A stretch of DNA of 64,000 nt. Source: a virus (taxonomy: Duplodnaviria; Caudoviricetes). Below the pieces are notes generated by a model, which did no database searches, had not been told where the DNA came from, and worked only from the letters and a program-made list of their open reading frames with translations. Location: the IMG/VR virus record IMGVR_UViG_3300028175_000001. One strand, 5' to 3'. Below are positions 9,606 through 19,804 of this stretch, in pieces (within the stretch, counting starts at the first letter, position 1; the number at the start of each line of letters is the position of its first letter). A program made the position numbers and the translations under genes.

Positions 9606-10507
9606 TTCCCTATCACCATAAATCTGTCATATAACGGTAAGGAGCGTTTTCCTTTATATAAAACATCTTTAATTTGATTTTTTTCAACCAACTCATTAAC
9701 ATCTTTTACACAATTTATATGATCATCTAACTCAAAATAATTATTTGATTGTATTGCTATAGTAGGTTTTATTGGATAATCTTTATAGCAGTCTTTCATT
9801 AAAGCAATATCAGCCATATGTTCTGAAGAAGTGTTTATTATTAATTGCCGTCTTCTCAATTCTGTACGTTCAAAAAAATCTCCAAATTGTGCAATTTTAA
9901 ATTTTTCATCAAAGTGATTTTTATACTGTGCAAATATTTTATGACAATTTTCATCCAAATCATATAAATCAATTTGAGATATGTTGAAATTTTTCGACAA
10001 CATTTCAATTAATGGATATCCAAACCACGAACCGATTATATCAATATGAAGATCCCCCGAATATTGTATTTTTTTTAGTTCTTGAGAAAGCCACAATTTA
10101 GATTCATATTGACCTTGAGATACGGAATCATCAAAATTATTAGAATACGACGGCAGATTATTATTAACCCACTGATTAACCCAATAATATGGAGTTTCTC
10201 GATTATCATTTTCACACATAGAAATTTTTTCTTTATGTTCTCCAATAGTATCTCTAATCGAACCAATTTCTGTATTGTGTTCTCCAATAGTATCTCTAAT
10301 CGAACCAATTTCTGTATTGTGTTTTCCGATTTCTGTATTGTGTTCTCCAATAGTGTCTTTAATCAAACCAATTTGATCATTATAAGATCCTATTTCAATA
10401 TTATGAAGACTTATATCGTTTTTATTTTTTCGCCAATTATAAATTTGTTCCATATACACAATATTGTTTATATTTTTTATTTTTACATTGTATTTCGAAT
10501 GAATCAA
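9599..10507 (-). CDS. Class I SAM methyltransferase with an N-terminal heptad-repeat coiled coil (likely start 10453)
   Basis: SQGQYESKLWL..IDIIGSWFGYP..DLYDLD..INTSSEHM..QSNNYF..HINCV, preceded by IGEHNTE/IGSIRDT heptads. Confidence 0.75.
   Translation of the reverse strand: MIHSKYNVKIKNINNIVYMEQIYNWRKNKNDISLHNIEIGSYNDQIGLIKDTIGEHNTEIGKHNTEIGSIRDTIGEHNTEIGSIRDTIGEHKEKISMCENDNRETPYYWVNQWVNNNLPSYSNNFDDSVSQGQYESKLWLSQELKKIQYSGDLHIDIIGSWFGYPLIEMLSKNFNISQIDLYDLDENCHKIFAQYKNHFDEKFKIAQFGDFFERTELRRRQLIINTSSEHMADIALMKDCYKDYPIKPTIAIQSNNYFELDDHINCVKDVNELVEKNQIKDVLYKGKRSLPLYDRFMVIGKW
10236..10374. repeat. In-frame tandem repeat: two perfect 42-bp units plus 21-bp-based variants
   Basis: tgttctccaatagtatctctaatcgaaccaatttctgtattg at 10236-10277 and 10278-10319, a 21-bp variant at 10320-10340 and a diverged partial copy at 10341-10374. 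Confidence 0.95.
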
Positions 10508-10856
10508 AAACTTCTGTTAATTCATTATCATCGACCAGTTTATTAATCGAACAAATAGGATTACAATCACCATTATGTTCTTTATCATCACCTTTTAAAA
10601 TGAAAATTCCTTTATGCATTCGACCCACAGGATATGTTTTTTCACAATTATAATGTAATACACAAGTATGCAATTTAACATCATCAAACACAAAATCATT
10701 ACACCTAACATTTGACATATATCTAAAATTAATATCATAATTTATATTATCAATTTCCATATCCAATCCCCTCAAAGTCTTGATAAACTTAAAATTGGGA
10801 CAACATAATACAGATATTTTTTCGTGATTTACAGCCCAATAGAATAAGTTTTCCAT
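10437..10856 (-). CDS. Degenerate paralog of the adjacent methyltransferase C-terminal part
   Basis: HYNCEKTY..ILKGDDKEHNGDCNPICSINKLVDDNEL resembles NTSSEHM..IQSNNYFELDDHINCVKDVNELVEKNQI of 9599. Confidence 0.5.
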   Translation of the reverse strand: MENLFYWAVNHEKISVLCCPNFKFIKTLRGLDMEIDNINYDINFRYMSNVRCNDFVFDDVKLHTCVLHYNCEKTYPVGRMHKGIFILKGDDKEHNGDCNPICSINKLVDDNELTEVFDSFEIQCKNKKYKQYCVYGTNL

Positions 10857-11635
10857 AATTCCTGTACAGGTGATTCATGTAATTCATAGTGTTTGATATC
10901 TTTCATATTTTTATTATTGAAAAGATGAGATGTATTGAACAATGTCACTTTATTTTTTAATTGATATTGTTCTTTATTATAGTTTGAAAATAGGTCTTTT
11001 TCCCACAAATTCAATTTATTATTTCTATGATGCTGATAAAACAAATATTTGTCTAAACTTTTATATGTCCATTTTATCTTTTCCCAATTATTTTTAGTAT
11101 AAGTTAAAAGCCAAGAAGCTGTCCCTTTATCCCATGCAACAAATGATGAGTTTGTATGACAAGACACTCCGCGACCATAATTGAATAAACTAATTTTTTC
11201 ATAATCATTCCAATAGTTCCATATAAATGTAATATTATGATGTTTTCTTGTTATCAATTCGGTTATATCTTCATGAACCAATACATCTAAATCTATCCAA
11301 ATATTTTTATCATATTCGTCATTATCAATAAGAAATAATTTTTCATATGTAAAAACTCTCTTTGTATCATATGGCCTAAGTTCTTGTATATCCTTTGTTT
11401 CGATTCTAGAAGATATTCCTCTAGAATCATCAGTATAGCACACAAAATGAAATGGAACTCGACAATATTTCAACAATCCACCATACGTTCTATTAACATA
11501 ATCAAAATTATATTTTGTACCCCACTTGAGACAATTAATTTTAATCTTATTCATAGATAAACAATGGCTCCATTTTTTTGAACGACTCATCAGGATCATC
11601 ATATGGCACGTCTTTGACAAACCAAGATTTATCAA
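10829..11635 (-). CDS. GT8-like phage glycosyltransferase (likely start 11554)
   Basis: INCLKWGTKYNFDYVN..FVCYTDD..EKLFL..IWIDLDVLV..NSSFVAW. Confidence 0.7.
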   Translation of the reverse strand: MINLGLSKTCHMMILMSRSKKWSHCLSMNKIKINCLKWGTKYNFDYVNRTYGGLLKYCRVPFHFVCYTDDSRGISSRIETKDIQELRPYDTKRVFTYEKLFLIDNDEYDKNIWIDLDVLVHEDITELITRKHHNITFIWNYWNDYEKISLFNYGRGVSCHTNSSFVAWDKGTASWLLTYTKNNWEKIKWTYKSLDKYLFYQHHRNNKLNLWEKDLFSNYNKEQYQLKNKVTLFNTSHLFNNKNMKDIKHYELHESPVQELWKTYSIGL

Positions 11636-12380
11636 TTTTATTATACATTATAACATCATAAACTAATTGGGCAAACTTCATGTTTTGTTCTGATGTCATG
11701 TGATTTAATAAAAAAATATCACTGTTGGACGCTTGACCAACTATATGCCCAATGGGAATTTTCACATAATCAAAATTACTCGAATCCAAAGAATCAAATA
11801 TTAACGAATTCAATAATTTGGTAGAGGTTATATTAAAATTTTTATAATAACTTATATAATGATCTAAACTAAAACAAGTGAAAACTATAAATCTAATATT
11901 TTTAAAGTTGTTAGCTATTAATCGCAAAAAAGAAATATTTTTTACATTTTCATACAAAAACATTGGTCCTAAAGATTGTGCAATAATTTTAATTTCATTA
12001 CCAAGTTTTAAAATACTTTCGAAGTTCTGAGACGTGTTCCCCGCAACTTTTTTCATGAAATGAGCATCTCCCGCATAATCATCTTCTGCTATTTGAAAAA
12101 TACCATAAGCCGAATCATTTTTATTTTTCAAAAACGAAAAGTTTAGTCTTTTTTGATCTGACAAAGCCACAAATACTGTATCATGCGGTTTAATAAGTTC
12201 TTCTTCTAATTGAAAAACAAGTTTTGTTAAGGCATCATTGGGACCCGATCCGGCCTTCCCAAAACCCCGCACGTTTTCCTTTTTCAATACTGACAATCGA
12301 TGAGGCCAACAACATTTGTCTGTAACATTTTCACAAATACAAGCAAAACTATCTCCAAAAATATGAATTGTCATTTCCAC
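11547..12380 (-). CDS. SGNH/GDSL hydrolase-like protein (acyl esterase or transferase)
   Basis: IFGDSF block I, GKAGSGP block II, NHMT distal His; ends FIYE. Confidence 0.65.
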   Translation of the reverse strand: MEMTIHIFGDSFACICENVTDKCCWPHRLSVLKKENVRGFGKAGSGPNDALTKLVFQLEEELIKPHDTVFVALSDQKRLNFSFLKNKNDSAYGIFQIAEDDYAGDAHFMKKVAGNTSQNFESILKLGNEIKIIAQSLGPMFLYENVKNISFLRLIANNFKNIRFIVFTCFSLDHYISYYKNFNITSTKLLNSLIFDSLDSSNFDYVKIPIGHIVGQASNSDIFLLNHMTSEQNMKFAQLVYDVIMYNKIDKSWFVKDVPYDDPDESFKKMEPLFIYE

Positions 12381-13411
12381 TGATCTCCAAATGTATCAAA
12401 CCCTGTACCGCATTTTTCTGCACACACTATTGATTTTCCCTGTGAACAAGAACTCATATTCCAAGACTGTTCTATTTTTCTGAAAAAACTTCCTTCTATT
12501 ATTTCATTTAATGGTTTATATAAAGCATTAATGTTTTTAATATCATCTAGATAATACCATATCTGGTTCTGTCCTAATTGTTCATATAATTTATATAATT
12601 TTCCAGCAGTCCAACAACAGGGGGTAACCAATCCCTCTGCTGAAATATAAATTTCTCTTGACTTTAAAGATTTACATTCTATTCCAGTACTGTCTAAATA
12701 ATTTTGAAAAGTGCCGTGATAGTTAAGCAGTTTATCATATTCGTTTACACTTTTATTTTGATGTTCTTTTTTGATTGGAGGCTTAATTTCATTTCCTTTA
12801 ATAGTTGTTTTTTTGAATATTTTATCATCTTTATAGCTTTGAACCCATCTACCAGTTTTTTTCTTTATAAAATCAAGACCGAATAATTTAGCCATACGTT
12901 CTGCTTCTTCCACTTGATGCTCATTGTGTTCAAATATCAAAAACACCCAAACACCTTTTCCGCCTGCTTGCGTAAACACATCCATTGAATTTTCAACTCG
13001 GGCCCAATCAACATTTACTCGATATAAATGATTCGTATCATCCAAACCATCTACCGAAAAAGACACTCTACCGTGATGTCCAAAAATTCCTGCAAGTCTT
13101 TTCCACCAATCATCTGATCGTCCTCCAGCATTTGTAGTCATATGAAGATATAAGTCTTTATTATTATATCGCAACCATTCATATATGTCAAGGGAGTCTT
13201 TTGCCGCCAGGGGGTCTCCATGATTGCCACACATGAGAAAACTAGTCAATTGTTGTGCTAAACTAACATCGATAATTTGTTTAAATTGATCAATAGAAAT
13301 TTCAGCATTCTTTATGTGTGGATTATTGGTTCTATCACACATAGGACACATTGCTTGACATTTTTGTGTAGGCTCAAAATGTATATGTCTTATATCATTA
13401 AGTCTGTACAT
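12371..13411 (-). CDS. Radical SAM protein with C-terminal twitch/SPASM (subfamily A)
   Basis: CQAMCPMC; CGNHGDP; TNAG; FSVDGL; IFEHNEHQ; C-term CKS..ISAEGLVTPCC..CAEKC. Confidence 0.92.
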   Translation of the reverse strand: MYRLNDIRHIHFEPTQKCQAMCPMCDRTNNPHIKNAEISIDQFKQIIDVSLAQQLTSFLMCGNHGDPLAAKDSLDIYEWLRYNNKDLYLHMTTNAGGRSDDWWKRLAGIFGHHGRVSFSVDGLDDTNHLYRVNVDWARVENSMDVFTQAGGKGVWVFLIFEHNEHQVEEAERMAKLFGLDFIKKKTGRWVQSYKDDKIFKKTTIKGNEIKPPIKKEHQNKSVNEYDKLLNYHGTFQNYLDSTGIECKSLKSREIYISAEGLVTPCCWTAGKLYKLYEQLGQNQIWYYLDDIKNINALYKPLNEIIEGSFFRKIEQSWNMSSCSQGKSIVCAEKCGTGFDTFGDQWK

Positions 13412-14193
13412 AAATCTTTCGCTTTTTCTAAACAGCTATCAAATCTAGGAGAACTAAAGTGCCCCTGATTATTAATCTCTTCATTGATATCTATATTTGT
13501 GGTATGTGCTATAGTATCAATATTCATTGCTCTAGATAAATGAGTCCACATTCCTTCTGTAGCAAAAATAAAATCAGACATTTGTAATATTTCTACATTT
13601 CTAGAATAGTTAAAATCCTCTAAAGGAAAAAATGTTATTTCTGGAAACTTTCTAATCAAAAAGTCTATCTTCATTCTTTGTTTTTTAGTTACTATATCTT
13701 GATTTTTATCATACACCAGATAACAAACTTTTTTTCTTTTTTCTCTAATATCAAAATCAATAGGCCAATACGATCCATCAGTCCATATTTTATTGTACAG
13801 CATATTAAAAGTATTATTATAGTAATTACACCCTGTCGGAAGAGATATTTTTTTAAAATCTTTATCGTAAGTATTCTCGTAGGTATTTTCAATCATTACA
13901 TGAGCGTCTTGCCATGATATTTTTTTCTTTAAATGCACAGTTGTAATTTTATTTTTAGGTCTTTTAAACTGAAAAAAATCAATTATTTGATAAAAATCTT
14001 CACATAAAAGTTTCTTTGGCTTTGGATGAACGTCCAGTGATTCACACATATAAACGACACTATCACGTTCAAAATAATCCATTACACTTAGAAATGCAGA
14101 AACATATACGAACCTATCTCCAAGCCCCCCGTCATTCGGGACAAAATAAAAAGTTAAAGGATCAGACAAAGAGGATTTATGGAAAACATTCAT
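13390..14193 (-). CDS. Possible GT-B glycosyltransferase (fucosyltransferase/GT9-like)
   Basis: DGGLGDR N-terminal motif; FIFATEGMWTHLSRAMNIDT C-terminal pattern. Confidence 0.4.
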   Translation of the reverse strand: MNVFHKSSLSDPLTFYFVPNDGGLGDRFVYVSAFLSVMDYFERDSVVYMCESLDVHPKPKKLLCEDFYQIIDFFQFKRPKNKITTVHLKKKISWQDAHVMIENTYENTYDKDFKKISLPTGCNYYNNTFNMLYNKIWTDGSYWPIDFDIREKRKKVCYLVYDKNQDIVTKKQRMKIDFLIRKFPEITFFPLEDFNYSRNVEILQMSDFIFATEGMWTHLSRAMNIDTIAHTTNIDINEEINNQGHFSSPRFDSCLEKAKDLCTDLMI

Positions 14194-14371
14194 ATTTTTT
14201 TACATACCATTTAATAACATTTTTATAAAATTGCTGGCTATCATGATCTGCTTTGAATTGTTTTATGAAGGCACTTGTTGCATTATGATTTGATAATATT
14301 ATTGAAGAAATGTTTTGCAATTCTCGTAAAGAATAATCTTGTATGATATTATCGATTATTTTTTCGTTCAT
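14177..14371 (-). CDS. Small hypothetical protein
   Basis: 64 aa ATG ORF filling the gap between operon genes. Confidence 0.6.
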   Translation of the reverse strand: MNEKIIDNIIQDYSLRELQNISSIILSNHNATSAFIKQFKADHDSQQFYKNVIKWYVKKYECFP

Positions 14372-14387
14372 AATTTTCTAAAACAAT

Positions 14388-15461
14388 TTATGAGCATTTC
14401 CATAAAGGCAATGAGCAATTTAATTTCTTTTTTGGAATTTTGCTATCTGCAGAACTCACACACGCATCCGTAATACAAGGTTTTACATCATTAAATAATT
14501 TAAATCCTGTTTCAATATTTCCTAAAGGAACATCTCTGCAAGAATAAGATCGCTTAATGCTCCCATCAGGCTCACGAATAATACAACTACGATAGCCAGA
14601 AGAACACATCCATTCTTTGAAATTATTAAAATTAAACGCATTGAACCTTTCAGATTGATCAAGATACCATTCATTTCCCTCATCATCATTCATCACAATT
14701 TCAAATTCTTGACGAATATTTTTGAGTTTTTTTGATTTAACTTCCATATTTGTAATCTGAGGCATTCCATTATGTAGTATATGTATTTGTTCTTTTGTAT
14801 ATCCATCAACAACAAACGTTGCGGTAGGATCACTCTGGGGTTTAAGCGTTACGTTTATACCTCGTTCATAAAAATAAAGCAGATTTTTATATGTTTCATC
14901 AAAAGTTTCTGGTATCATAACAGAATTAATTGTGACACGCACACCATTACGTTGACAAAATTCAAGTTTATCAGCAAAACCCTCAAACTTGTCCAGATCA
15001 AGATATTCACGATGAAATGATGCGGTAATAGATGCTCTTGTAAATTTTTTAGCGGATTCGACATATCGTTCAAACCATTTCATAGGCCGAGAACAATTTG
15101 ATGTCATATGTATAGAAGAATAATTAGTATTATGTACATCATCAGAAAGATGCTTAAGTATGTCTAAATATCCTGGATGAAAAGTGGGTTCACCCCCAGA
15201 TAAGCTAAAATGAAAACTATTAAACCCTCTCTGTCTCGCCTGTAATTTAATTTCATCGATTGTTTCAAGACACAACTTAGTGGGCCTATGATCTTTCGTA
15301 TTGCTTCTAGCATATGGCCAACAATACGAACATCTATAATTACAAAATCGACCTAACAGCCAGGACACTGTAAATAAGTCAGTATCCAACATTTTCCAGG
15401 TCCCAACTCGTTCAATTCTATCCCAAGGTATCTTGGTAAAATCATATTCACTTAATTTCAT
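14388..15461 (-). CDS. Radical SAM protein, subfamily C (W.LGR.C.Y.C.YC) with C-terminal SPASM-like domain
   Basis: WLLGRFCNYRCSYC; SGGEPT; C-term CSSG..EPDG..YSC..CITDAC. Confidence 0.92.
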   Translation of the reverse strand: MKLSEYDFTKIPWDRIERVGTWKMLDTDLFTVSWLLGRFCNYRCSYCWPYARSNTKDHRPTKLCLETIDEIKLQARQRGFNSFHFSLSGGEPTFHPGYLDILKHLSDDVHNTNYSSIHMTSNCSRPMKWFERYVESAKKFTRASITASFHREYLDLDKFEGFADKLEFCQRNGVRVTINSVMIPETFDETYKNLLYFYERGINVTLKPQSDPTATFVVDGYTKEQIHILHNGMPQITNMEVKSKKLKNIRQEFEIVMNDDEGNEWYLDQSERFNAFNFNNFKEWMCSSGYRSCIIREPDGSIKRSYSCRDVPLGNIETGFKLFNDVKPCITDACVSSADSKIPKKKLNCSLPLWKCS

Positions 15462-16810
15462 TTAACTCTTACTAATTCATTATTTTCAATTTGATAATTG
15501 TCATAATAATCATTAAAATTCTGACCCCAAATTTCATCTGATTTTTTTCGATATATCAAAAATCTATTAAAATTATTATAAGAAAGTTTTGTGTTTTTCA
15601 CATAATGCACAATATAGTCGAGCCATATTTTTGCTTGTCTCTCATATAATATATTACCCGTCATGTCTTTTTTTTCTATAAGTTCATAAGTTTTTTTAAT
15701 ATCGTGTTCTGTTTCTTCTGCAAAATCATACATGATCAAAGACGGATTTATATACTTCGGAGTTTGCACAATAGACGCATTAAATTGTATTTCAGAATTT
15801 GGTTTATCAGTGGGAGGATATAAATCAAGTATTGAATCAAAAATATCATACAGATCTAGCATTTGATATATTGAAGTGGTTATTGATGCGCTTAAATAAG
15901 TATGTTTATTTTCTTTTTTAAAATTATATATATTTTGTTTCAGTTTTTCCCAATCACCACCATTTCTAAAATAAGGATACATTTTTCTTCCAGCATCAAT
16001 AGATATGATTATAGACGAAGATTTAAAAGGAGCTAAAAGTTCTGATAATTTTAAAACGTCTAAATTAGGAGAATTAAAATTTGAATGAAAACTAATATTC
16101 ATATTTTTAGCATTAGGATGTTCGGCTAATCCTTTAAGCGTAGGAAAAAACTGTTTTTGATATAACAATTCTCCTCCAGAAAAATCAATATACTCCAAAT
16201 AGGGAAAATTTTCATTCAAATCATCAATGATTTTCAAAGCATCTTCTGTCGAAAGGCTCATTTCATTTTTATCATTCGGACCATGTCGATGTTCTGTTCC
16301 CAATAATTGTCTTAAATCATATTGATGCACTTCTTTATCAGGTTTATAATTTAATAGTTTAGTAATCCACCCAGAAGAATAAACCTTAGAACAATGCAAA
16401 CATGCAAAATTACATGCTGTGCTAAATCTTAATTCTAAATGCCTTAATCCCTTAAAATCAGTTTTATGATTATTTTTATCATAACATTTTAATAATGGAG
16501 TGTTACAACTTTCGCGGTTCAGCTCAGTTGTACCCCCGTGGCTTTTATGGAACCAACCATCTATCGGCAAATAATCTTTTCTCATAGAAATTAAATTATC
16601 TCGTTCCATATCTTCACATGTATCACAGCCTGACGGCCACTTGTCTTGATATAGAAGTTCTCTGAGATTTCTAAAATTTTGATGATTAAATATTTCAGAA
16701 GGCAAAACAGTTTCATGTGTATAGACCAATTGATCTGATTGTCTAGGACATGTTGTAATCACGCCATTCTTATAATTTATTCCACCCAAAGCATAATAGC
16801 ATTTTAACAT
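15458..16810 (-). CDS. Radical SAM protein with N-terminal twitch domain (subfamily B)
   Basis: N-term CYY..TTCP..GCDTCEDME..SMR; CNFACLHC; SGGELL; SIDA. Confidence 0.92.
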   Translation of the reverse strand: MLKCYYALGGINYKNGVITTCPRQSDQLVYTHETVLPSEIFNHQNFRNLRELLYQDKWPSGCDTCEDMERDNLISMRKDYLPIDGWFHKSHGGTTELNRESCNTPLLKCYDKNNHKTDFKGLRHLELRFSTACNFACLHCSKVYSSGWITKLLNYKPDKEVHQYDLRQLLGTEHRHGPNDKNEMSLSTEDALKIIDDLNENFPYLEYIDFSGGELLYQKQFFPTLKGLAEHPNAKNMNISFHSNFNSPNLDVLKLSELLAPFKSSSIIISIDAGRKMYPYFRNGGDWEKLKQNIYNFKKENKHTYLSASITTSIYQMLDLYDIFDSILDLYPPTDKPNSEIQFNASIVQTPKYINPSLIMYDFAEETEHDIKKTYELIEKKDMTGNILYERQAKIWLDYIVHYVKNTKLSYNNFNRFLIYRKKSDEIWGQNFNDYYDNYQIENNELVRVK

Positions 16811-17748
16811 TAAAATTCTTCATCTATAAATACATCTTGATTAGATTGCTTGCACGTAGTCCAACATTTTTCCATCGGATTTTTGTTCCAAGAGTTTATT
16901 ACATAATCATATAATTCTCCCGTCATTACTTCATCAGGAGTATTATATTTTAAATTAATTTCAAGAGGCCCTCCCAATTCTTGATACTTTTTCATAAATC
17001 TAGTTTCTATTTCGTTACCACCATAGACCTGTAAATATTCAGAATTAAAAAAACAACATGGCAATAATGCTCCAGTATGACTTAAAAAAATTCTTTTTTG
17101 ATTTCCATATTTACACACTATTTTATGTTCCATCTTTCTAGTTTTAGTCTTTGATTCTTTATTATCATTTCTATGGGAATATATCAATCTGAAATTTTCA
17201 AATCCTTCTTCTTTTGCTATTCGTTTTGCATCATCTATCAAATGCTCATTATGTTCAAATGCTATAAATTGCCAAGTCGCATGTCCTCCTGCTTTTATAA
17301 ATTCTTTCCAATTTTCTTGGATTTTTTTATAATTAGAACCTATTCTATATTTTTCTAATGATTTTTGATCAACCCCGTCGATACCAAAAAATATAGATAT
17401 TCTTCTTTCTCCTAAATTTTTCCAAAATTTCTTAGTTTTGGTTGAACCATTAGTTGATATGTTTATATTTACATCATCTAAATAATCTAAAATTTCTAAT
17501 AATTCAGGATGCAATGTTGGTTCATCTATTGATCCACAAAAATTTATCAACTTGCAATTAGGAAAAGTTTTCTTTGTAATCCATTTTTTAATTTGTTTGA
17601 GTGATATTACATCTTTATTTAAAACACTGTTTACTTTGTTTCTTTTAATTTGACGAAAACATCCAGGACAATCAATATTACAATATGATGTCAATTCTAT
17701 ATCAATCCACTCAATCGTGTCTCTAGACCACATAAACTCTCTTTCCAA
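16810..17748 (-). CDS. Radical SAM protein with C-terminal twitch (subfamily A)
   Basis: ELTSYCNIDCPGC; CGSIDEP; TNGS; FGIDG; FEHNEH; VCK..TGALLPCC..CWTTC. Confidence 0.92.
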   Translation of the reverse strand: MEREFMWSRDTIEWIDIELTSYCNIDCPGCFRQIKRNKVNSVLNKDVISLKQIKKWITKKTFPNCKLINFCGSIDEPTLHPELLEILDYLDDVNINISTNGSTKTKKFWKNLGERRISIFFGIDGVDQKSLEKYRIGSNYKKIQENWKEFIKAGGHATWQFIAFEHNEHLIDDAKRIAKEEGFENFRLIYSHRNDNKESKTKTRKMEHKIVCKYGNQKRIFLSHTGALLPCCFFNSEYLQVYGGNEIETRFMKKYQELGGPLEINLKYNTPDEVMTGELYDYVINSWNKNPMEKCWTTCKQSNQDVFIDEEF

Positions 17749-18971
17749 TTAGTATTTCTTGCTTTATCTAGATCATTAAGATAATTTATCAATATATCGC
17801 CATTATCTGACCAACCATCTTTTTCAAACATATAATTTATATAAAAAGGCAAAACTTCTTTTGCTTTTTCGGTAAACATATATGAATCAATATTTTTTTT
17901 GATTTCATTTTTTAGTTCAATGGGCAAATTTTGTGCCGACAGGTGATACGGTTCTGTGACATGGTTTTCAAATAAAAATCTTATGTTTGGAAAATTTTCA
18001 CGCAAAAAATCATATGTATCAATAAGATAAAACATACTCACATTACTACACGTCCATTGAAATGATACATCAAAATTCGAAGGAAATTCTTTTAGATTAT
18101 TACACCATTCATCCCACTTCAAACCATATCTAAAATACTCTCCAGCCCGTTCAACACAATCAACCGAAAGCCTAAGTCTCACTTTTTTAAAATTCTCCAT
18201 ATTTTCAAATTTTAAAGAACCATTACTCACATATGATATTTCCACATTCTTAGCATATGAACTTCCATTCAACCGCTTAATAAATTCATTATGTCGTTTA
18301 TTCCAAAAACTTTCGCCGCCTAGAAAATTATATCTTTTTATTTGACTTATATCTAAATTATCCCAAAACGCACTATCTTGCGATATCCAAGCATTAGTAT
18401 CATACCCAGTTCTATGAATATAATTATATTTTTCTATTAGTGTTCTATCTTCGAGCCATCTCGAACTAACGGCAGGATTACAATGAATGCATTTAAAATT
18501 ACAAATTGTACCTGTACGAACATCTATATGAAAAGGATGAACGTTTACATCACCATCATCCATTGTATGTGAGATTAAATGTTCATATTTATCAAACCAC
18601 ATGTGATTTTCATCCATGCGTTTACTCACGCCGTTCAATTCTTCAACGTGCTTACATCTATTACAGTTTTCAGGCCATTCATTATTTAAAAATGATTTGC
18701 GTATTTCTTTAAAATATAAACCATTCCATTGATCTTCTATACTACTGTTATCTAATTTGTTAACCCATTTCAGATATTCTTCGCCGAACTCCTTATTCAA
18801 TGAATTAAAACTCCCCTCAGGAGGATTTTCAGATAGAGTGGGAATCCAATCAATATCTCGTTTACGAAACATTTGTTTCCATTGTTTTTCGATATCACTA
18901 TAACCACACACTCTAGGTCTACCTGAAAGATTAGTTCCGAAATTAATCCAGGGTAAAATACAGGGCGTCAT
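17697..18971 (-). CDS. Radical SAM protein with N-terminal twitch (subfamily B)
   Basis: CILPW..GRPRVC..NCNRCKHVE..SKR; CNFKCIHC; LGGESF; LSVD. Confidence 0.92.
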   Translation of the reverse strand: MTPCILPWINFGTNLSGRPRVCGYSDIEKQWKQMFRKRDIDWIPTLSENPPEGSFNSLNKEFGEEYLKWVNKLDNSSIEDQWNGLYFKEIRKSFLNNEWPENCNRCKHVEELNGVSKRMDENHMWFDKYEHLISHTMDDGDVNVHPFHIDVRTGTICNFKCIHCNPAVSSRWLEDRTLIEKYNYIHRTGYDTNAWISQDSAFWDNLDISQIKRYNFLGGESFWNKRHNEFIKRLNGSSYAKNVEISYVSNGSLKFENMENFKKVRLRLSVDCVERAGEYFRYGLKWDEWCNNLKEFPSNFDVSFQWTCSNVSMFYLIDTYDFLRENFPNIRFLFENHVTEPYHLSAQNLPIELKNEIKKNIDSYMFTEKAKEVLPFYINYMFEKDGWSDNGDILINYLNDLDKARNTNWKESLCGLETRLSGLI

Positions 18972-19804
18972 AATGACCTCAATAACGGTCTAATCCCTAC
19001 AGGCTTATCATCATCCAATGCCAAATGAATTGTTTTTGTGGGTTTTAAATTAAAATCTTCACAAATTTTAAAATAGTTTTTTTCATATTTTCTCCAGAAA
19101 TATTCTGGACCAAATTCCTCCATAAAACGAATTCCTAGATACATTAAAGGATGTTGATTCATATTAAAATTATTCATCAGTGTAATAGATCCTTCGGGTT
19201 CTTCACGAGCAAATCTTACACCAATTCTATTACCCCCAATACCAGCTTTACTCAAACTGACCGCAAATGTTTTAATCGCAGGATGATCGAAATTAAATTC
19301 AATATCACGAATACACCCAATCCAAGCAGAATCAACATGCACCGATATGTTTAATTCATGACATTTATCTAAAATTTCATACATATTTGGATGCATATCA
19401 CCATAATAAGGAAACGGCATAGCAATTAACAATTCTTTATTTGAATTTAATGTATCTATTGTAGCATATTTTATATTATTATTCAACCTCCAATGGTATT
19501 TGTAATCTTTTTCAAAAGTTTGTATGTCTCCACATCTTTGATATAAATCATCAATAAAATGAGTACATCCTTGTATTACATGTTTCACAGGAAAAGCATT
19601 AATACCGCTAAACGTACTAAATTTATGATGTTTTAACCAATCAACAAGGGTATCTATAAAATAATCATCTAAACTCCCTTGTTGTGTTGGGCTATCTCTA
19701 AAAACACCAGCATAAAATTCGTTTATACTTTCATCAAACATTGGTTGCTGACGTTCATATTGCAACCATTCTCTTTTATATTCTCTATTTGGATTATCTC
19801 TCAT
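18968..19804 (-). CDS. PLP-dependent enzyme (fold type I-like, aminotransferase or decarboxylase)
   Basis: VHVDSAW (Asp motif) and SLSK (Schiff-base Lys); paralog of 42386. Confidence 0.6.
   Translation of the reverse strand: MRDNPNREYKREWLQYERQQPMFDESINEFYAGVFRDSPTQQGSLDDYFIDTLVDWLKHHKFSTFSGINAFPVKHVIQGCTHFIDDLYQRCGDIQTFEKDYKYHWRLNNNIKYATIDTLNSNKELLIAMPFPYYGDMHPNMYEILDKCHELNISVHVDSAWIGCIRDIEFNFDHPAIKTFAVSLSKAGIGGNRIGVRFAREEPEGSITLMNNFNMNQHPLMYLGIRFMEEFGPEYFWRKYEKNYFKICEDFNLKPTKTIHLALDDDKPVGIRPLLRSL

Noticed and set aside
10236-10374. Possible CRISPR array
   Set aside because: The repeats are contiguous with no unique spacers, are multiples of 21 bp and in frame within a coding heptad repeat; there are no cas genes.
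10075-10546. Repetitive ORFs 10075..10350 (-) and 10082..10546 (+)
   Set aside because: Alternative-frame and antisense shadows of the in-frame repeat in the methyltransferase gene.
14177-14371. RiPP precursor peptide for the twitch/SPASM enzymes
   Set aside because: No leader/core pattern, no repeated precursor family and no peptidase or transporter; the neighbourhood points to sugar or base chemistry. Not fully excluded.
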